64,000 bases of DNA, taken from the human T2T-CHM13v2.0 reference genome, Homo sapiens. Within the stretch, counting starts at the first letter, position 1, and each line of letters begins with the position of its first letter. Of this stretch, positions 1-12,639 are shown piece after piece. Under the pieces are notes generated by a model. That model searched no databases, was not told the DNA's origin, and saw only the letters and a list, made by a program, of their open reading frames with translations. The position numbers and the translations under genes were made by a program. Location of the stretch: assembly GCF_009914755.1 (NCBI RefSeq), contig NC_060934.1. The stretch is one strand, 5' to 3'.

Positions 1-2691
1 TAACATGAAGGGGTTTGTGTTTGTGACTAAAAGCCACAAACGGGAGGCTAAGTCTCCTTCTGGCCCTGAGGATGGAGGCAGCGGGACAGGACGCGGCTCG
101 CAGGCACCAGACATCAGGGCACACACTTTCCTGGCTGCCATCTGCGCCTCCGCCCACAGTGGCACCGCCCCTCGCCCCCGTAGCTGAGCAGGAGTCTGAG
201 TCCTGCAGGAAGGCGCGGCGGCCACAGCAGCCCCAGGGAGGCCGTGAGAGGACGCGTGAGGGCCCGGGGCAGACCACCCCAGGCTCTTCAACACAACAGA
301 TGAGAACGAAGTCCTTGTTCCAGGCGACTCACTGAGGAAATGCTCCGATAGACTCGGAGAGGGCTGGACACAGAGTGGACCCCACTCTCTTGGCTTCTCT
401 CGCGGATCTGGGTTTGCAACAATGGCTCGTCGGAACTGTGTAGAGCGTTCAGGTTTATTTTAGACCCTGGGTCAATGTCTTGGAGGAAAAGCCATTGACT
501 CTCGTGGAAGAATCCTGGGGACAAGAATCTGGGGCGTCGCTCACGCCCTGTTAAAACTTCAGTTCTTCTACCCACATGGGGCATTCTCCACCTCCCAGCA
601 GCAGATAACTCACTGGATAACCTGATGTCGGGATTTGGCCGGGAAAACATGCTTTTCTGTGACTTTGGAGCTGTTTGCACGTGGCAGGAAGTGGGCGCCT
701 ACTAAACCAGCAAACGTGGGACAACCAGCCTGGCACCGCCCGAGCCACGCCAGAGCCCCCATGCATCGTCTCCTGATGGCAAGCACTCCAGTAGCCAGAA
801 CACCAAGGAGGGACGTGCGAATGTCCACAGTTGGCCGGGCTGTCCCTGGGCTGATCTCTGGGGGAAGCAGGAGCCCCAGCTGGAGCTCGGACCGGACACT
901 CACCCCACGACTGTTGCAGGAGGCAACTGACGCTTCGGGCTCTGGGGCACTCAGGAGAATCTGGACAGAGGCCCACCCAGCTCACCTCTTTACAGAGGGG
1001 CAGAGTGAGGGTGGGGCTCTCCTGGGCCCTGACTCCCCCGAAAACCCTCAGGGGCCTCTGTCCAGGGTGGGCCTCAGAGCCAAGCCTGAACCACAGGGCG
1101 CTGTCTCTCTGTGGGGTCCTGGTGTCCAGGAAGAAATGGGCAGATTCTAAACACTCCCCGGAAAGCAAAGTGTCTGCTGTCACTCCAGCTCTGCGGCCCC
1201 ACAGCGACGCCCGCTCCTCTCCCAGGTGCCTTCGCCCTCGCACAGGTCCAGGCTCCTCGTCCCGGGATGCAGGGCCCCTCCGGTGCCCGCCTGGCCAGTG
1301 CTGTTCGAACCCTGGGGCAGGGGCCCTATTTCGGGCTTTGACTGTCAGCCAGTCCCTTGGCTCCCCAGAGCACCCTCTGTCCACGGTGGACACTCTCTAG
1401 CCAGCCAGGGCCTCGTCTTGGCTGGACGGACAAGAAGTGTGGCCTCAGGAGGGAAGCAGGAGCTCTCGGGCCCGCTGGCTGCCTGCATCCCGACACAGGT
1501 GACACTGCCTCTGCCCATGGCCCTTCCTGCACAGGAGGGTCCCTCTCCACTTCCCGCCTCACTCAGCCGGAGCCATCCCAGAGGCCCGGCCGGCTGCCTC
1601 CTCCTGCCCCGATGCCCAGGGCAGCATCCATGGCGTGGTCAGAGTGGCTGGAGCCTGGCACAGGTGCAGCGATCACCAGGGGGCTGGGGAGGGGCCAGGC
1701 GGCTGCAGCCCTCACCCCTGCTGGCACCCACCCACAGGGTTCTTACCGGAACATGGCACCCACCCTGCTCGCCTGCCTGAGGTTCATAACTAAACCCTAC
1801 ACAGTGGGGCCCTGAAGCACAGACATGTTTCCCACAGTCTGGAGGCTGGAAGCCTGAGACAGAGCTGAGTGCAGGCTGGTGCCCCGAGGCCCCCTCCTGG
1901 GCCTGTGCACGCATGTTTCTGGGCTGATGCCCCTGAAGCCCCCTCCCCAGCCTGTGCACCCCTCTGTGCTTCCCCGGTGAGCTCACCTCACTCACCTGAT
2001 GAAGAAAAGATGAAGCTCCATCAGCTCCAAGCCTTTCCAGCTGGGTCGATTTTCCCCCAGTCTACTCTGCCACAGAGAACACACATTCCCCTTTGAACTC
2101 TGACCCTGAACCCTTTTCTTGGGCCGAGAAGCAGGTGGAGTTTGCGGCCTCCGGTCCAGGTCTGTTGGTGCCGAACAGTCTCCACTCTTTCTCCACCTCT
2201 CGCAGAAGCTCGTACAGAATCCTCCCGGAAGATGTTGACAAGCAGGGTTTCGATGAGTGTGGGGCTCCCAGTGCAGGGCTGGGGCCATCCCATGGTTTCC
2301 CTGCCTCTCTGTAAGGCCCATCCAGATCCCACCTGGCCACCCGCAGGCCACGGGAAGAGAGGAGGCTGGAGGCAGGCATCAGTCGGCCGATACATGGCCC
2401 CAGGAGCCAGCCTCAGAGCCACACAAGGATGCCTTTGGCCAGCAGAGCCAGTGGAGGGCGAGGACAGACAGCACTCCGTGGCCACGTGGGGCCCCTCCCG
2501 TGCACTCCCTGAGCATCCACAGACGCAGCCTGACCGTACCTCCCCAGGCAGCCCCCCTTCCCTGAGACCCCACACGAAAATGCCTGGAGCGGCTGCAGGG
2601 GAAGCCGAGCCCCAAGGGTAGGCTCAGGCGACGGCGCCGCCCACACAGACCCACCAGCCAGTCACACACGTCTCCTTTGCTTTATCCTCAG

Positions 2692-2819
2692 GATCTGAAG
2701 ACAGTGCTCTCCCTGCCCCGCTACCCAGGGGAGTTCCTGCACCCCGTGGTGTACGCGTGCACGGCCGTCATGCTGCTCTGCCTCCTGGCCTCCTTCGTCA
2801 CCTACATCGTGCACCAGAG
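2692..2819 (+). CDS. ADGRA1: ADGRA1 (GPR123) coding exon: short N-terminus and TM1; ATG is in an upstream exon outside the window
   Basis: Acceptor tttatcctcag|GAT, donor AG|gtgagc; translates [42 protein letters not shown], the ADGRA1 N-terminus (128 bp). Confidence 0.96.
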
Positions 2820-3394
2820 GTGAGCCTGGCATGGGCAAGGGCGCCCCCTGTGCCCAAGAAACCTGCTTTTACCTTCAAAGGCAAGTCCCTGAAGGGCAAT
2901 GCCACTGCCCCCTCATGTAGCAAGAAGTCCTTGAAGGTACAACTCAGGTCACCAGCTAGCTCAGACCCGCTCAGCAGCCTGGTGCCCATCACACAGCCGA
3001 AGGGTGGATGGAGCTCAGGGAAGCCGCGCCTGTCCACTCAGGCCTCCGTCAGGGTCTTCTCCACGGCATCCCCCGTGTCCTTAACTGGGCAAAATAAGTT
3101 CTTCCAGAAATAGGTGTGGTGTCCGTCCAGGCACCCTGAGGAGCTCAGTTCCCCCGGGCAGTCACTATGGCCTGCAGAGCCTGGGAGAGGCACCAAGAAC
3201 ATGAGGGTGTCCAGCCGCAGTCAGGGTGGGCATGCCCACAGCCAGTCATGGGCGGGGGTTCGGCTATGTCTGAGGCCAAGGTCGCCTCGGTCACGGACAG
3301 AGCTTAGAGGCGCCCAGGGCCACAGTCTCATCAGAGACTCGGGCACACACGAGGCTGTGATCACAGGAAGAGGCTTGGGCGGTTCCGAAACTGT

Positions 3395-3750
3395 CATCTT
3401 GGTCTGTTTGGGCTGCTGCAGCAGAACACGGGGGCCTCGATGGTTTATCGACAGGAGAAACTGACTTCTCAGTTCTGGAGGCCGAGGTCCCAGATCAAGG
3501 CACCCATGACGCTGTGTCTGGTGCGTCTGGAGAGGGCCAGCTCCAGGCTCACAGACGGCACCCACTGCCTGTGTCCCTGCCTGTGTCCCTGCATGTGGAG
3601 GGTGAGGCACTCTGGGGGCCTCTTTCTCAAGGTCCCTGATCCCATCACCACAGCTCTGCCCAGAGGCCCCCGCTTCCAAATATCATCAGCTTGGTGGTTA
3701 GTGCCGTCCTACCAACTCGGGGGGAGGCAGATAAAATACATTTAGACCAG
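3395..3750. mobile_element. MLT1A-like MaLR solo LTR (old, diverged)
   Basis: MLT1-type segments tcttggtctgtttgggctgct, cagttctggaggc...cagatcaaggcacc and caaatatcatca. Confidence 0.6.
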
Positions 3751-4357
3751 AGTGGCTGTGATTATGGGGAGAGGATGAGGCGAGGCCATGGCCAGAGTCA
3801 CAGTGGCCACCATGCAGCCATACCTGTGCTGGCCACAGCCTGGGCGGGTCGGGCCCCAGACATGGTGGTGGTCATGGAAAGGGTCACAGCCACAGGAGGG
3901 CATGGCCGGCTCAGCCCCAGGCTATAGCCGGGGTCACGCTGAGCCAGTCTAATCACGGTCTCTTCCTGATGTGCCAGACACCTGCTCAGAGGGACACCCC
4001 ATGCTGGGACCCAGGGGGTGCGGCCTCTATCTCTGAGACAGTGTGTGGCCAAGTCCTGGAGTCTCAGGGCCTCGGTGTCTTCATCCGCCAAGGGATTAGG
4101 TTGTTCAGGCTTCTGCAAACCCCTTCCAGCGTCAGTGTGCCAGGGTGACGTAAGGCAGAACTTTCCAGTGGCCGTCACTCAGGGCAGACTCGGACGACCC
4201 ATCTGCTCTCCCCTGACCGGGTCCTCGGACAGCTGCCCCTGACCCCACGGAGAGCCCGGACTTCCCGGGGACAGAGCCTGCGCCCCAGGGGGCTCCCTTC
4301 CACGCCTCCCCCTGCAGAGCCTCTGCTCATGTGAAACCCTCCTTTCCCGTCCCACAG

Positions 4358-4481
4358 CGCCATCCGCATCAGCCGCAAGGGCCGGCACACGCTCCTGAAT
4401 TTCTGCTTCCACGCGGCCCTGACCTTCACTGTGTTCGCCGGCGGCATCAATCGCACCAAGTACCCCATCCTGTGCCAGGCG
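4358..4481 (+). CDS. ADGRA1: ADGRA1 coding exon: ICL1, TM2, ECL1
   Basis: cccgtcccacag|C ... GCG|gtgagt; (S)[41 protein letters not shown]; phase matches the previous exon (124 bp). Confidence 0.96.
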
Positions 4482-4744
4482 GTGAGTGCCGGGGCGCCCT
4501 CGTTGGCTCCTCCCAGAGGGGAACTGCGTGAGCGTCGTCTTGTTTACTAAATAATATTCCAGCGTTTGCTCAGCTATTTCCCGGGAAGAGGGTCGGACCC
4601 TGGCACATCGGTGTCTCGGCTTCACGCCATGCAAGTCCACATGCTCCACGTTTGACCCCAGGGTTGATTCCACTGCACCGCCCCCTCCAGGCCGGCGCTA
4701 ACCTGACACTTACTGTCCCCAAAAGGTGCACTGCCCGGGAACAG

Positions 4745-5033
4745 GGACACAGCCTGCCCCTCCCGGAGAAAGTGCTGGGGGGACACAGCCCGCCCCTCCC
4801 GGAGAAAGTGTTGGGGGGACACAGCCCACCCCTCCAGGAGAAAGTGCTGGGGGGACACAGCCCGCCCCTCCCGGAGAAAGTGCTGGGGGGACACAGCCCG
4901 CCCCTCCCGGAGAAAGTGCTGGGGGGACACAGACCACCCCTCCAGGAGAAAGTGCTGGGGGGACACAGCCCGCCCCTCCCAGAGAAAGTGGTGGGGAGAC
5001 ACAGCCCACCCCTCCCGGAGAGAGTGGTGGGGG
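4745..5033. repeat. 36-bp minisatellite, ~8 copies
   Basis: Unit GACACAGCCCGCCCCTCCCGGAGAAAGTGCTGGGGG; period 36 (4781 to 4817). Confidence 0.92.
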
Positions 5034-7037
5034 CAGCTCGAGGAGGGGCACACACTCCGGTCCAGGGAGGAACCTGCAGATGCTGCCGCCTGAGTCACCA
5101 GGAGGGCAAGCTCGTCCTTTGCACAGACCCCCCAACCCCCGGAAGCCAAACAGAAATGTCACTCGGGGAACCCTCCTCCCCCACTGCAGGGAGAGCTGGA
5201 GAGCACCGAGCATTGAAAAGAACGACACACAGAAGGGCTCCTCACATCCGGGGGCCCAGCCTGACCTTGGTTTAAAAGGGGGGACGTATACATCACACTC
5301 AGTTCCTGGCAGAGCTCATGGTGGAGACCCTTACATCAAAACTAAGCCCTGTCCTCCTCCACTTTGGGCTGTGGCTCATGGCCAACAAGAGGACCTGCCC
5401 GGAGCCTCTGTAGCCACAGCTCCGGGGCGGCTCCTCCCCGCACACCCAGCCCAGTCCCAGTGGCCACCCCACTTCAGCAGCCACACAGCCCAGTACAGTC
5501 ACCTCCAGGGCCCAGACACAGCCAGGGGGCTGCCACGGACTGCAGGGCAACTTGCCAGGGGTCCACCCTGCAGTTTCTGGAACCCTCCCATAGTACCTGG
5601 CACTGACATGCACCTGCAGACAGCAGTGGTGGAGACTCATGCAGGGGTGTCTGGGGAGAATCTGAGCTGAGTGCACAGAACCCCCCAGACTCCCCCACAG
5701 GCTCCCACACCTGCCTGCCACGGCCACGGGCTTCCTTCCTTCCCAGCACTACACTTCCGTGTGCCAGGCTGGGACGGGCCGGGCAGGCGCTCACACAAAC
5801 ACAGGGCCCTGGCGTCCGGCACGCAGAGGAGACGTCATGTCTGTGTGACCACACTTCATGCCAGACTGCCAGGAGGCCGTGCCCCCGGCCTGGGCCTGGG
5901 CCTGGGCCCAGCATGGCCCCGGCGGAGGAGTCGCTGGCACGCACCTGAAGGTGGCTAAGGTCAGACGTACCTCCTGCCTCCTTAATCATTCCTCTGGTAA
6001 GCTGGAAACAACCACAGCAAGTGCCCGGGAAACGCCATTGACGTCCCGCCTGTAAGTGCCTGCGAGAGGCCGTCACCATCACGTCTGCACTTTGCCACCA
6101 AGTACGCCCCACACTGGGATGAAGCCTGCTGGATCCGCGGGTGAGGCCCCCCGAGGGCCTTCAGCAAACCCCGCCCGCGCCTTCGGGAACACCTGCCACT
6201 GCTTGCCTGGACGGAGCTCCTGGGGCCCAGGCCTGCGGTGACAGCTCGGGGCGGATGCTGGGGTGTTGGGGCTGCAGCAGGCAGGTCTGGAAGGTTCCAG
6301 AGGGTTGCAATCTTGGAGGAGATCTTGTTAAGGCAACAGCCATCAGGAGGAAATGAGCAGAAAAGATTGTGGCCTATCTCCAGATGCTGTCCTGATCTCC
6401 CAGGGAGCACGATCCACTCACTCGCTCACTCAGCAAATGTGCTGAGGGCCTGCAAGGTGCCAGGCCATGCTGTGGGCACTAGGGCACTGCCAGAGACAAA
6501 CCCACATGGTCTCACTGTGAAGCCGCGTTCCAGAACAGGACGCAAGTGTGGAAAATGAACCGTGGGAGCATTTTCCCACGGCAGGTGGTGGGAGGTGCCT
6601 GCCGGACGCGTGACGCCAGGCTCGGGAAGCGGAGGCAGGGGCCGCAGTGGCTGCAGCTCCAGAGCCACTCGGGGAGCCCACAAGGCGACGTTCTCCGAGC
6701 TCCCCGATGAACTGTCTGCTCCCCGTGCTCTGCGAGGCGAACAGAAGCCCTCTCATTGATCTAACGCTGAGGCCAGGCCAGTTCCGCATTCCCGCCTCCG
6801 GGTAAGGAGGAGAATTCAGCCACTACCGGCTGGAGGAAGGAGACCTGAGGGTCTAGTAAAAACTAGACTTGGAGCCCAACCTGCCTGCATATGGGCCAGT
6901 GGTGGCTGATCCGCCTTCCCGCCTGCCCCGCCCTTGTCACACCCACCTTCCTGCCCGCCTGCCCCGCCCACCGGGGCCACAGCTCAGCACTGAGTGAAAC
7001 CTGGTCCCAGGCTCTGGATGGCTGGAGAGGACGGACT

Positions 7038-7051
7038 GTTGCTATGGCAAC
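7038..7051. promoter_or_regulatory. RFX X-box
   Basis: GTTGCTATGGCAAC, a near-palindromic match to the X-box consensus GTTNCCATGGNAAC; GC boxes (CCCCGCCC) at ~6925-6970. Confidence 0.55.
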
Positions 7052-7599
7052 AAAGAGATGGCCGTGAGCCCCATTCGCATGCTAAGTGACACATTCAACA
7101 GAGACAGGCGCTGGCCCTGGGTCCGGCGGGGTGGGGCAGCCGTGCAGCACCGTGGGACGCTGGTGGCTTCCCTGCAGCCTCTCCATCTGTCCAGCCTGAA
7201 GTCGGTGTCCAGGACTCAGAGCTCTGCCACGTACACCTTCTTGTGACCCCCAAATGCACATGGCACGGGTGAGGCTCAGCTCTGCCACCCTCCTCAGCGC
7301 CCCGGGCAGTGACACTGACAGCCCCACGGCTGCTTCCTGAAAAGAAAGAACCCGAGGCCGGGCTGTGGGGGCTGCCTCTGCCCTACTCCTCGACACGGTG
7401 CCCCATGGTTTCCAGGCCTCCCTGTCTCCACCAGGCTGCATGAGGCCTAGGCACTGGGATGGGACACGACCCCACACTCAGTGGCCAGGCCGGGGGAAAG
7501 GGTGGAGCCCCCCGGGGGCTGCTGTGTCTCCTGCCCCCAGCGGCGCACAGGGATCTCACCTGAAACTGCAAACGCAGCCCTCCGATCTTTCCAGCCCAC

Positions 7600-7845
7600 C
7601 CCACAATATTCTCATCAATTACTGCAGAGCCTCCTCATCAGTGAAAATTGAGCTCTGGATCTGATAAATCATCATAATGGTGCGACGTTAGCTTTATGCG
7701 GCGAATCTCTGTATTCCTTAAACATTTATGTCCTTTCCAATTATAGCAGTATTTTACCTGTCATTTCAAAATGTCAGGTTATTACTCCAAAGGTAGCAGT
7801 GTGGCCCTCGTAATAAGCAAACGCAGGAAGTTTCCATAGCAATGA
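7600..7845. promoter_or_regulatory. AT-rich candidate enhancer with homeodomain, TALE and RFX motifs
   Basis: Non-repetitive AT-rich island in GC-rich DNA containing ATCAATTA, ATAAATCA, TTTATG, CTGTCA, CTCGTAAT and GTTTCCATAGCAAT (7830-7843). Confidence 0.45.
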
Positions 7846-8006
7846 GGAACGGCGACCTGCAGGGCCACACGAATGCCGGCCCCGTGGGGGGCTCATCCCA
7901 CCCACAGTAAGAGCATCCTGGTGAATGAGGAACGGCGACCTGCAGGGCCACACGAATGCCGTCCCCGTGGGGGGCTCATCCTACCCACAGTAAGAGCATC
8001 CTGGCG
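7841..8006. repeat. 83-bp tandem duplication (2 copies)
   Basis: AATGAGGAACGGCGACCTGCAGGGCCACACGAATGCC... at 7841 and 7924, with few mismatches. Confidence 0.92.
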
Positions 8007-8414
8007 TGACCCCACTGAGGACTTCACCTCCTCTCCCTTGGTGGACACCTATCCAGGTCTGAGCTCAGGGGACGTTGGTCTGCAGCTCACAGTGTCCGTG
8101 CCTGGGCCACAGGGACCACAGCGGGTTGTGCATGCAGAGGGGCGTGAGTGCACAGGCCCATGGGTCCCCACAGACTCCCTGCTCCCGTCTCTGTGCAGAA
8201 GGGGAGGAAAGCTGAGCCGCTCAAGGGTCTCTGCAGCTCAGCGTCTCCCTGTGAGTTCTGGGCGGCTGTGGGGCGGCCGCTGCCTGCCCTGGGATACAGA
8301 CGCTGCTGGCCGCCTGCCGTTCTCATTCTTGAAGTTGCAAGCCCGGGCCGAGGCTGCTGGGCTCTGGGGGGTGGGTGCCCGCCAAGGGCCTGGCTGACCG
8401 CTGCTCCCCCACAG

Positions 8415-8560
8415 GTGGGCATCGTGCTGCACTATTCTACACTGTCCACCATGCTGTGGATAGGAGTGACCGCCAGGAACATCTACAAGCAGGTGACCAA
8501 GAAGGCCCCTCTGTGCCTGGACACAGACCAGCCACCGTACCCCAGGCAGCCCCTGCTCAG
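8415..8560 (+). CDS. ADGRA1: ADGRA1 coding exon: TM3, ICL2
   Basis: ctcccccacag|GTG ... CTCAG|gtactg; [48 protein letters not shown](R) (146 bp). Confidence 0.96.
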
Positions 8561-11500
8561 GTACTGAGTGCACATGGGCGCGAGGCCCCGCCACCTGGGC
8601 CCTGGACGCTGCATGCACCTTCTGGGTCTTGGCAAACCTTCTCACCAGGCCACCAGGGGCCTGAGGATGATCCGGTCCATGGGGGAGGGTCAGTGTTCCC
8701 AGGGAGGGTGGAGAGCGGGCGACGGATCTGAGGGTAGGGTGGTGTGCTGGAGGGGAGGGGCGCCGGAGGGGAGGGGCGCCGGTCACTGGGGGTGGGGCAG
8801 AGGGGGCCCTGAGGGTGGAGGGTCCCGGGTGGAGTCTGAGGCAGGCGGTGCCCTGCCCTCCACATCTGCAGCTGGAGCCCGGCTGCTCTGGGGCTGGTCT
8901 GGGGCTGGCGTGTGTTGGGGGCTGGACAAGCCTCCTGTGCTACCGAGTTGCTGGCGTGAGACCCTCTATGCCCCGCAGGGCAGCCACACTGGGGAAACGG
9001 GCTCTGGTGGTTTTGGCTTCGGCTTCATGGTCTCCGTAACATCAGGCAGCTGACTGTCAGCGGGTGGAAAACCTCACACACTCAGGCACTCATTTCAAGG
9101 TGGCCCTGGCCTGGGCCCTTCAGGCCAGGAGGCAGGTGTGGTCCCCCAGTGTCTCTGCTGTGTGAGGCCCGGTTGCTGGGATGGGACACTCGCCCTCCCC
9201 CGCCGCCCCGGCGGCCTGCACCAGCTGTTGGTCCCCATCCATCCTCAGGCTGGGAATGCACCGTGGCCTTTGTGGGAACCATGGGCCTGCCTAGGGGGGC
9301 GGACACAGCCCATGATGGCACAGACCTCCCTCCCTCTCTCCCTCAGTCCAGAGCCAGGGGAACCCAGACGTCCACGTCTGGGAGGTGGCAGGAGCTCCTC
9401 TGCACCAGCAGGAAAAAGCCGGGTCAGGGAGCTGGGACAGCTGCTTTAGACGGGGGTCTGGCCGCGGCCGTGACCAGGCCGGAGCTCGCCAGGGAGCTCC
9501 AGCGCCTTTGGTGTTTCCTTTTCTGAACTGAGACTGAATCCCAGACACAGTTGGCGAAAGCCAGGCTCGGAGCGTGGCCTCGAGGCCTTGGGTGCCTACC
9601 TGGCCCATCCTCTGGGGTTCCCTGGGGCTCCCTGAATGCCTGCCCAGAGTAGCACCCTGTGTGAGGCACCCCCGCCAGAGGCTGCTCTGTGGCCAGCGGT
9701 CCCAGGGGGTCTTGGAGGACATTCATCCGGTTGCATGGGAGACGTGACCCGGTGCTGGCGCACGGACACCTGCTTCCTCGGAAGGGCTGTCCGGCACTGT
9801 CCCGTCCAAAACGGTCTGAAGAATTCATTTCAAGGCAGATACAGCCACGTCCTGTATTGTTCCAGCAAACAGCACTCATTTGCACCCGGAGCATTTTCTG
9901 ACACTGTTTGATTTTCAGATCCACGCAGACACGTTGCCACTTAGCAACCAGGGCTGGGTGGTGCTTCTGCCGCTGATGGGGGCTGGGGAGGTAGGGTTTC
10001 ATTATCTTGCCTCTCCTGCCAGGGAGGCCCCAGGTCCCCTGGGTGTATAAATCACTCTCAAAATGCGTTTCCTCATCTGTAATTGATGGAAGAGCTGCCT
10101 GGTTTTGAAGACCAGGCTGGCAGCCGTGGAACACCCCGGCGCTCTTCCATCCGGTGTCTGCCAATGCGCGCCGCAGAGCCGTGCGTCTGTCCAGGTGCTG
10201 GGGGGCCAGCGGGCCCGGGGCTCGGCACTGACCGGCGGACCCAGCGACGGCAAGGCCCTGCTTGCGGCCATGGTGCCGAGGCGACTGCTTCCTCCTGGGG
10301 CTGCCTGGAGACCCCCATCCTCCACCCCCTGCCCTCTGGGCCCCCTTCCTGTGTAAGAAAGGTCTTGACATTGTGGCAGGGGGTGTCCACACAGTGCCGT
10401 GTTCCAGCTGTGTTCCTTGGTTCCTGGCCTGCCTCGTCGCTCCGCCTCCCCAGCCGCCCCCCCGGTGTCTGGCCAGGGCTCAGCCTGTGCACCCCTGAGG
10501 CAGGTGCAGACTCAGGAGTGGTGGGCGGTGTTAGCTTGGGCTTTGCCGAGGGCCTGCCCTCTCCGTGGCTGGGCCTGGGGCTGCTGGGGGACTGTGCTGG
10601 GAGACTGGGCTGCACCTCCTCAGGGAGGCCAGCAGGCTGGAGCGGGGCCTTTCTCCCCACACCCCGAAGGTGCTCACGGTCTGCCCTCCAGGCCCTGGTC
10701 CAGAGCCTCCGCTCACCTCCCCCTCCTCCACCAGGAAACCTCCTCATCAGAGAAGCCCCTCCCAGCGGCCCTGCATCCCCAGCCCCATTCCCAGAACTCT
10801 ACATGGCCCACACGTTATCCACGCCAGCAGAAATTTAGTTCCTGAGTTCCAAGAATCTTGCGGTCTGGGAGGGAAGGGCACAGACGCCTCTCCAGGCAGC
10901 ACGTCGCCCACACCCTCTCTGGCCGTTCCCATCCTGCCCTCTGAAAAGAATGCCCACACCACTTCCTGCCGGACCCTCCGCCGGGACAGGGCAGCGCAGC
11001 CAGCTCCCACTCACATGGGCAGTGGCCGAGTCTCAGCCGCCGTGCATGAAGGAGCCGTGTGTAAGCCCCCGTCCCCGGCCCAGCTCTGCAAGTGTTTAAC
11101 AAGAAATAACAAGAAAACGGCTGTCCCCGAGAAGCAGCTGCGTGAACTCAGGACGCTCCTGAGCAGCCGACGTTTTGAGAAAGCCCTCGCCATCCTGAAG
11201 GCCCACAGCTGGGGTTGGCCCACATGCAACGGCCACCTCTGCTCTGCTTCCTGGAAACCAAACCTTCAGAGTCCAGGGAAGATACAGCCATGTAAAATGT
11301 TGCTGCGCTGGTGTCCGTGAGCATTTCACACGCCTGAGCCCCTTTCTGTGTGAGCAGGGGGGATGCCCCACCTCGGCTGGGGACCTCCCCTCTCCACAAG
11401 ACAGCCTGGTCAGCAGAGGGGGCGGACACCCCCCAAGACCCCCAACTCTGCAGGGATTGGACTCCGTGGGCAGGAACCTGCCCTCTGGTCAGGGCAAGGT

Positions 11501-12639
11501 CAAGGAACAGAGGGGCCAGTCCAGGGAGGCCCAGCAGCGAGAAGCCAGCAGCCTCTGCGGCCCGAACGTTCCAGCTGCAGGGGCCAAGGTCACAGCCGCC
11601 ATCCACCTCTCCCCTCAAGCAGGAGTGTGGCCCTTGTTACTAGGACAACCCAAGCCTGGACTCTGCACCGGATTCTGCCACTTTCTAGATGGGGATTCAC
11701 CTGGTCTCATCTCCCCTTAGTCCCAGCATGAGCCCCCCATGCATGTGGGCCTGTGTGGAGAGATTTGGGGGCACCCTCTCCCACCCCGGTTAGGAGGCAC
11801 TGCACAGCCAGGCCCTCAGAACCGCCCTGGGTCTGTGGAGGGGCAGTGGCCTGATGGGGATCCCCGCCCTGATGGGTGTGTGGCCTGGAGCCCACACCAG
11901 GGCAAGAGCGGTAGGACTGGAGCCTGAGGGGGGCGCTTTGGATCTGGGGGGCGCCGGAGCCCCTGCTGGCTGGAGCTTCCCTGCTTCAGTCCCAGGCCCA
12001 TCACTCCCCTCCATTCACACAGCGTTTTCTCCAAATTCCAGCAGCATCCGGTGAGGCCCCTGCTGACCGAATGAGTCACACGCAGGCTCCAGCTCCTGGG
12101 AACCCTTAGAGACCCTTTTCCAGGCCCAAGCTGTGGTCCTGCCTGGGACCCTGCCCAGCAACCCCACCAGGATGGGTCCCTCTGCTCTCTTCAGCCCCTG
12201 CTGTGCCAGGATCTGGTCATCTCCATCCACCCACATGCATCCCTGTGGGCGTCCCCAGCACAGCAGCACTGGGCCAAGGAGGGTGCCCAGGATGGGCACA
12301 GCCTGGCCTCAGGGCGCAGGGGACTGGAGAGCCCCCAGGAAGGGCACCAGCCATGAGATGCTGGCTTCCCCGCATCGGGGGTACGGCAGCAGACACCCAT
12401 CCCAGATCCTGTCGAGGTGAGGCCTGGGCGAGTGGATGGACGTCACACAGAGTGTGCAGCATGCTTCCTGGGGGAAGGCCATCGAGGCCAAAGACCCTCA
12501 CAGATAAAGCGGAAGGTCATGTCTCTGCACACAGTCTCACCCCCGCGGCTCAGAGTGCCCATCGCGGGCTCCTGGGCAGTGTTTATCTGGGGCCACGCCC
12601 GCTCTGAGCGCCACTGGAGTCACGATTGCATCTGAAGGC

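Noticed and set aside
1-2690. ORFs of up to 280 aa as possible ADGRA1 ectodomain exons
   Set aside because: No GAIN, LRR, Ig or HRM features; the Pro/Gly/Arg/Ala-rich composition is what GC-rich non-coding DNA produces.
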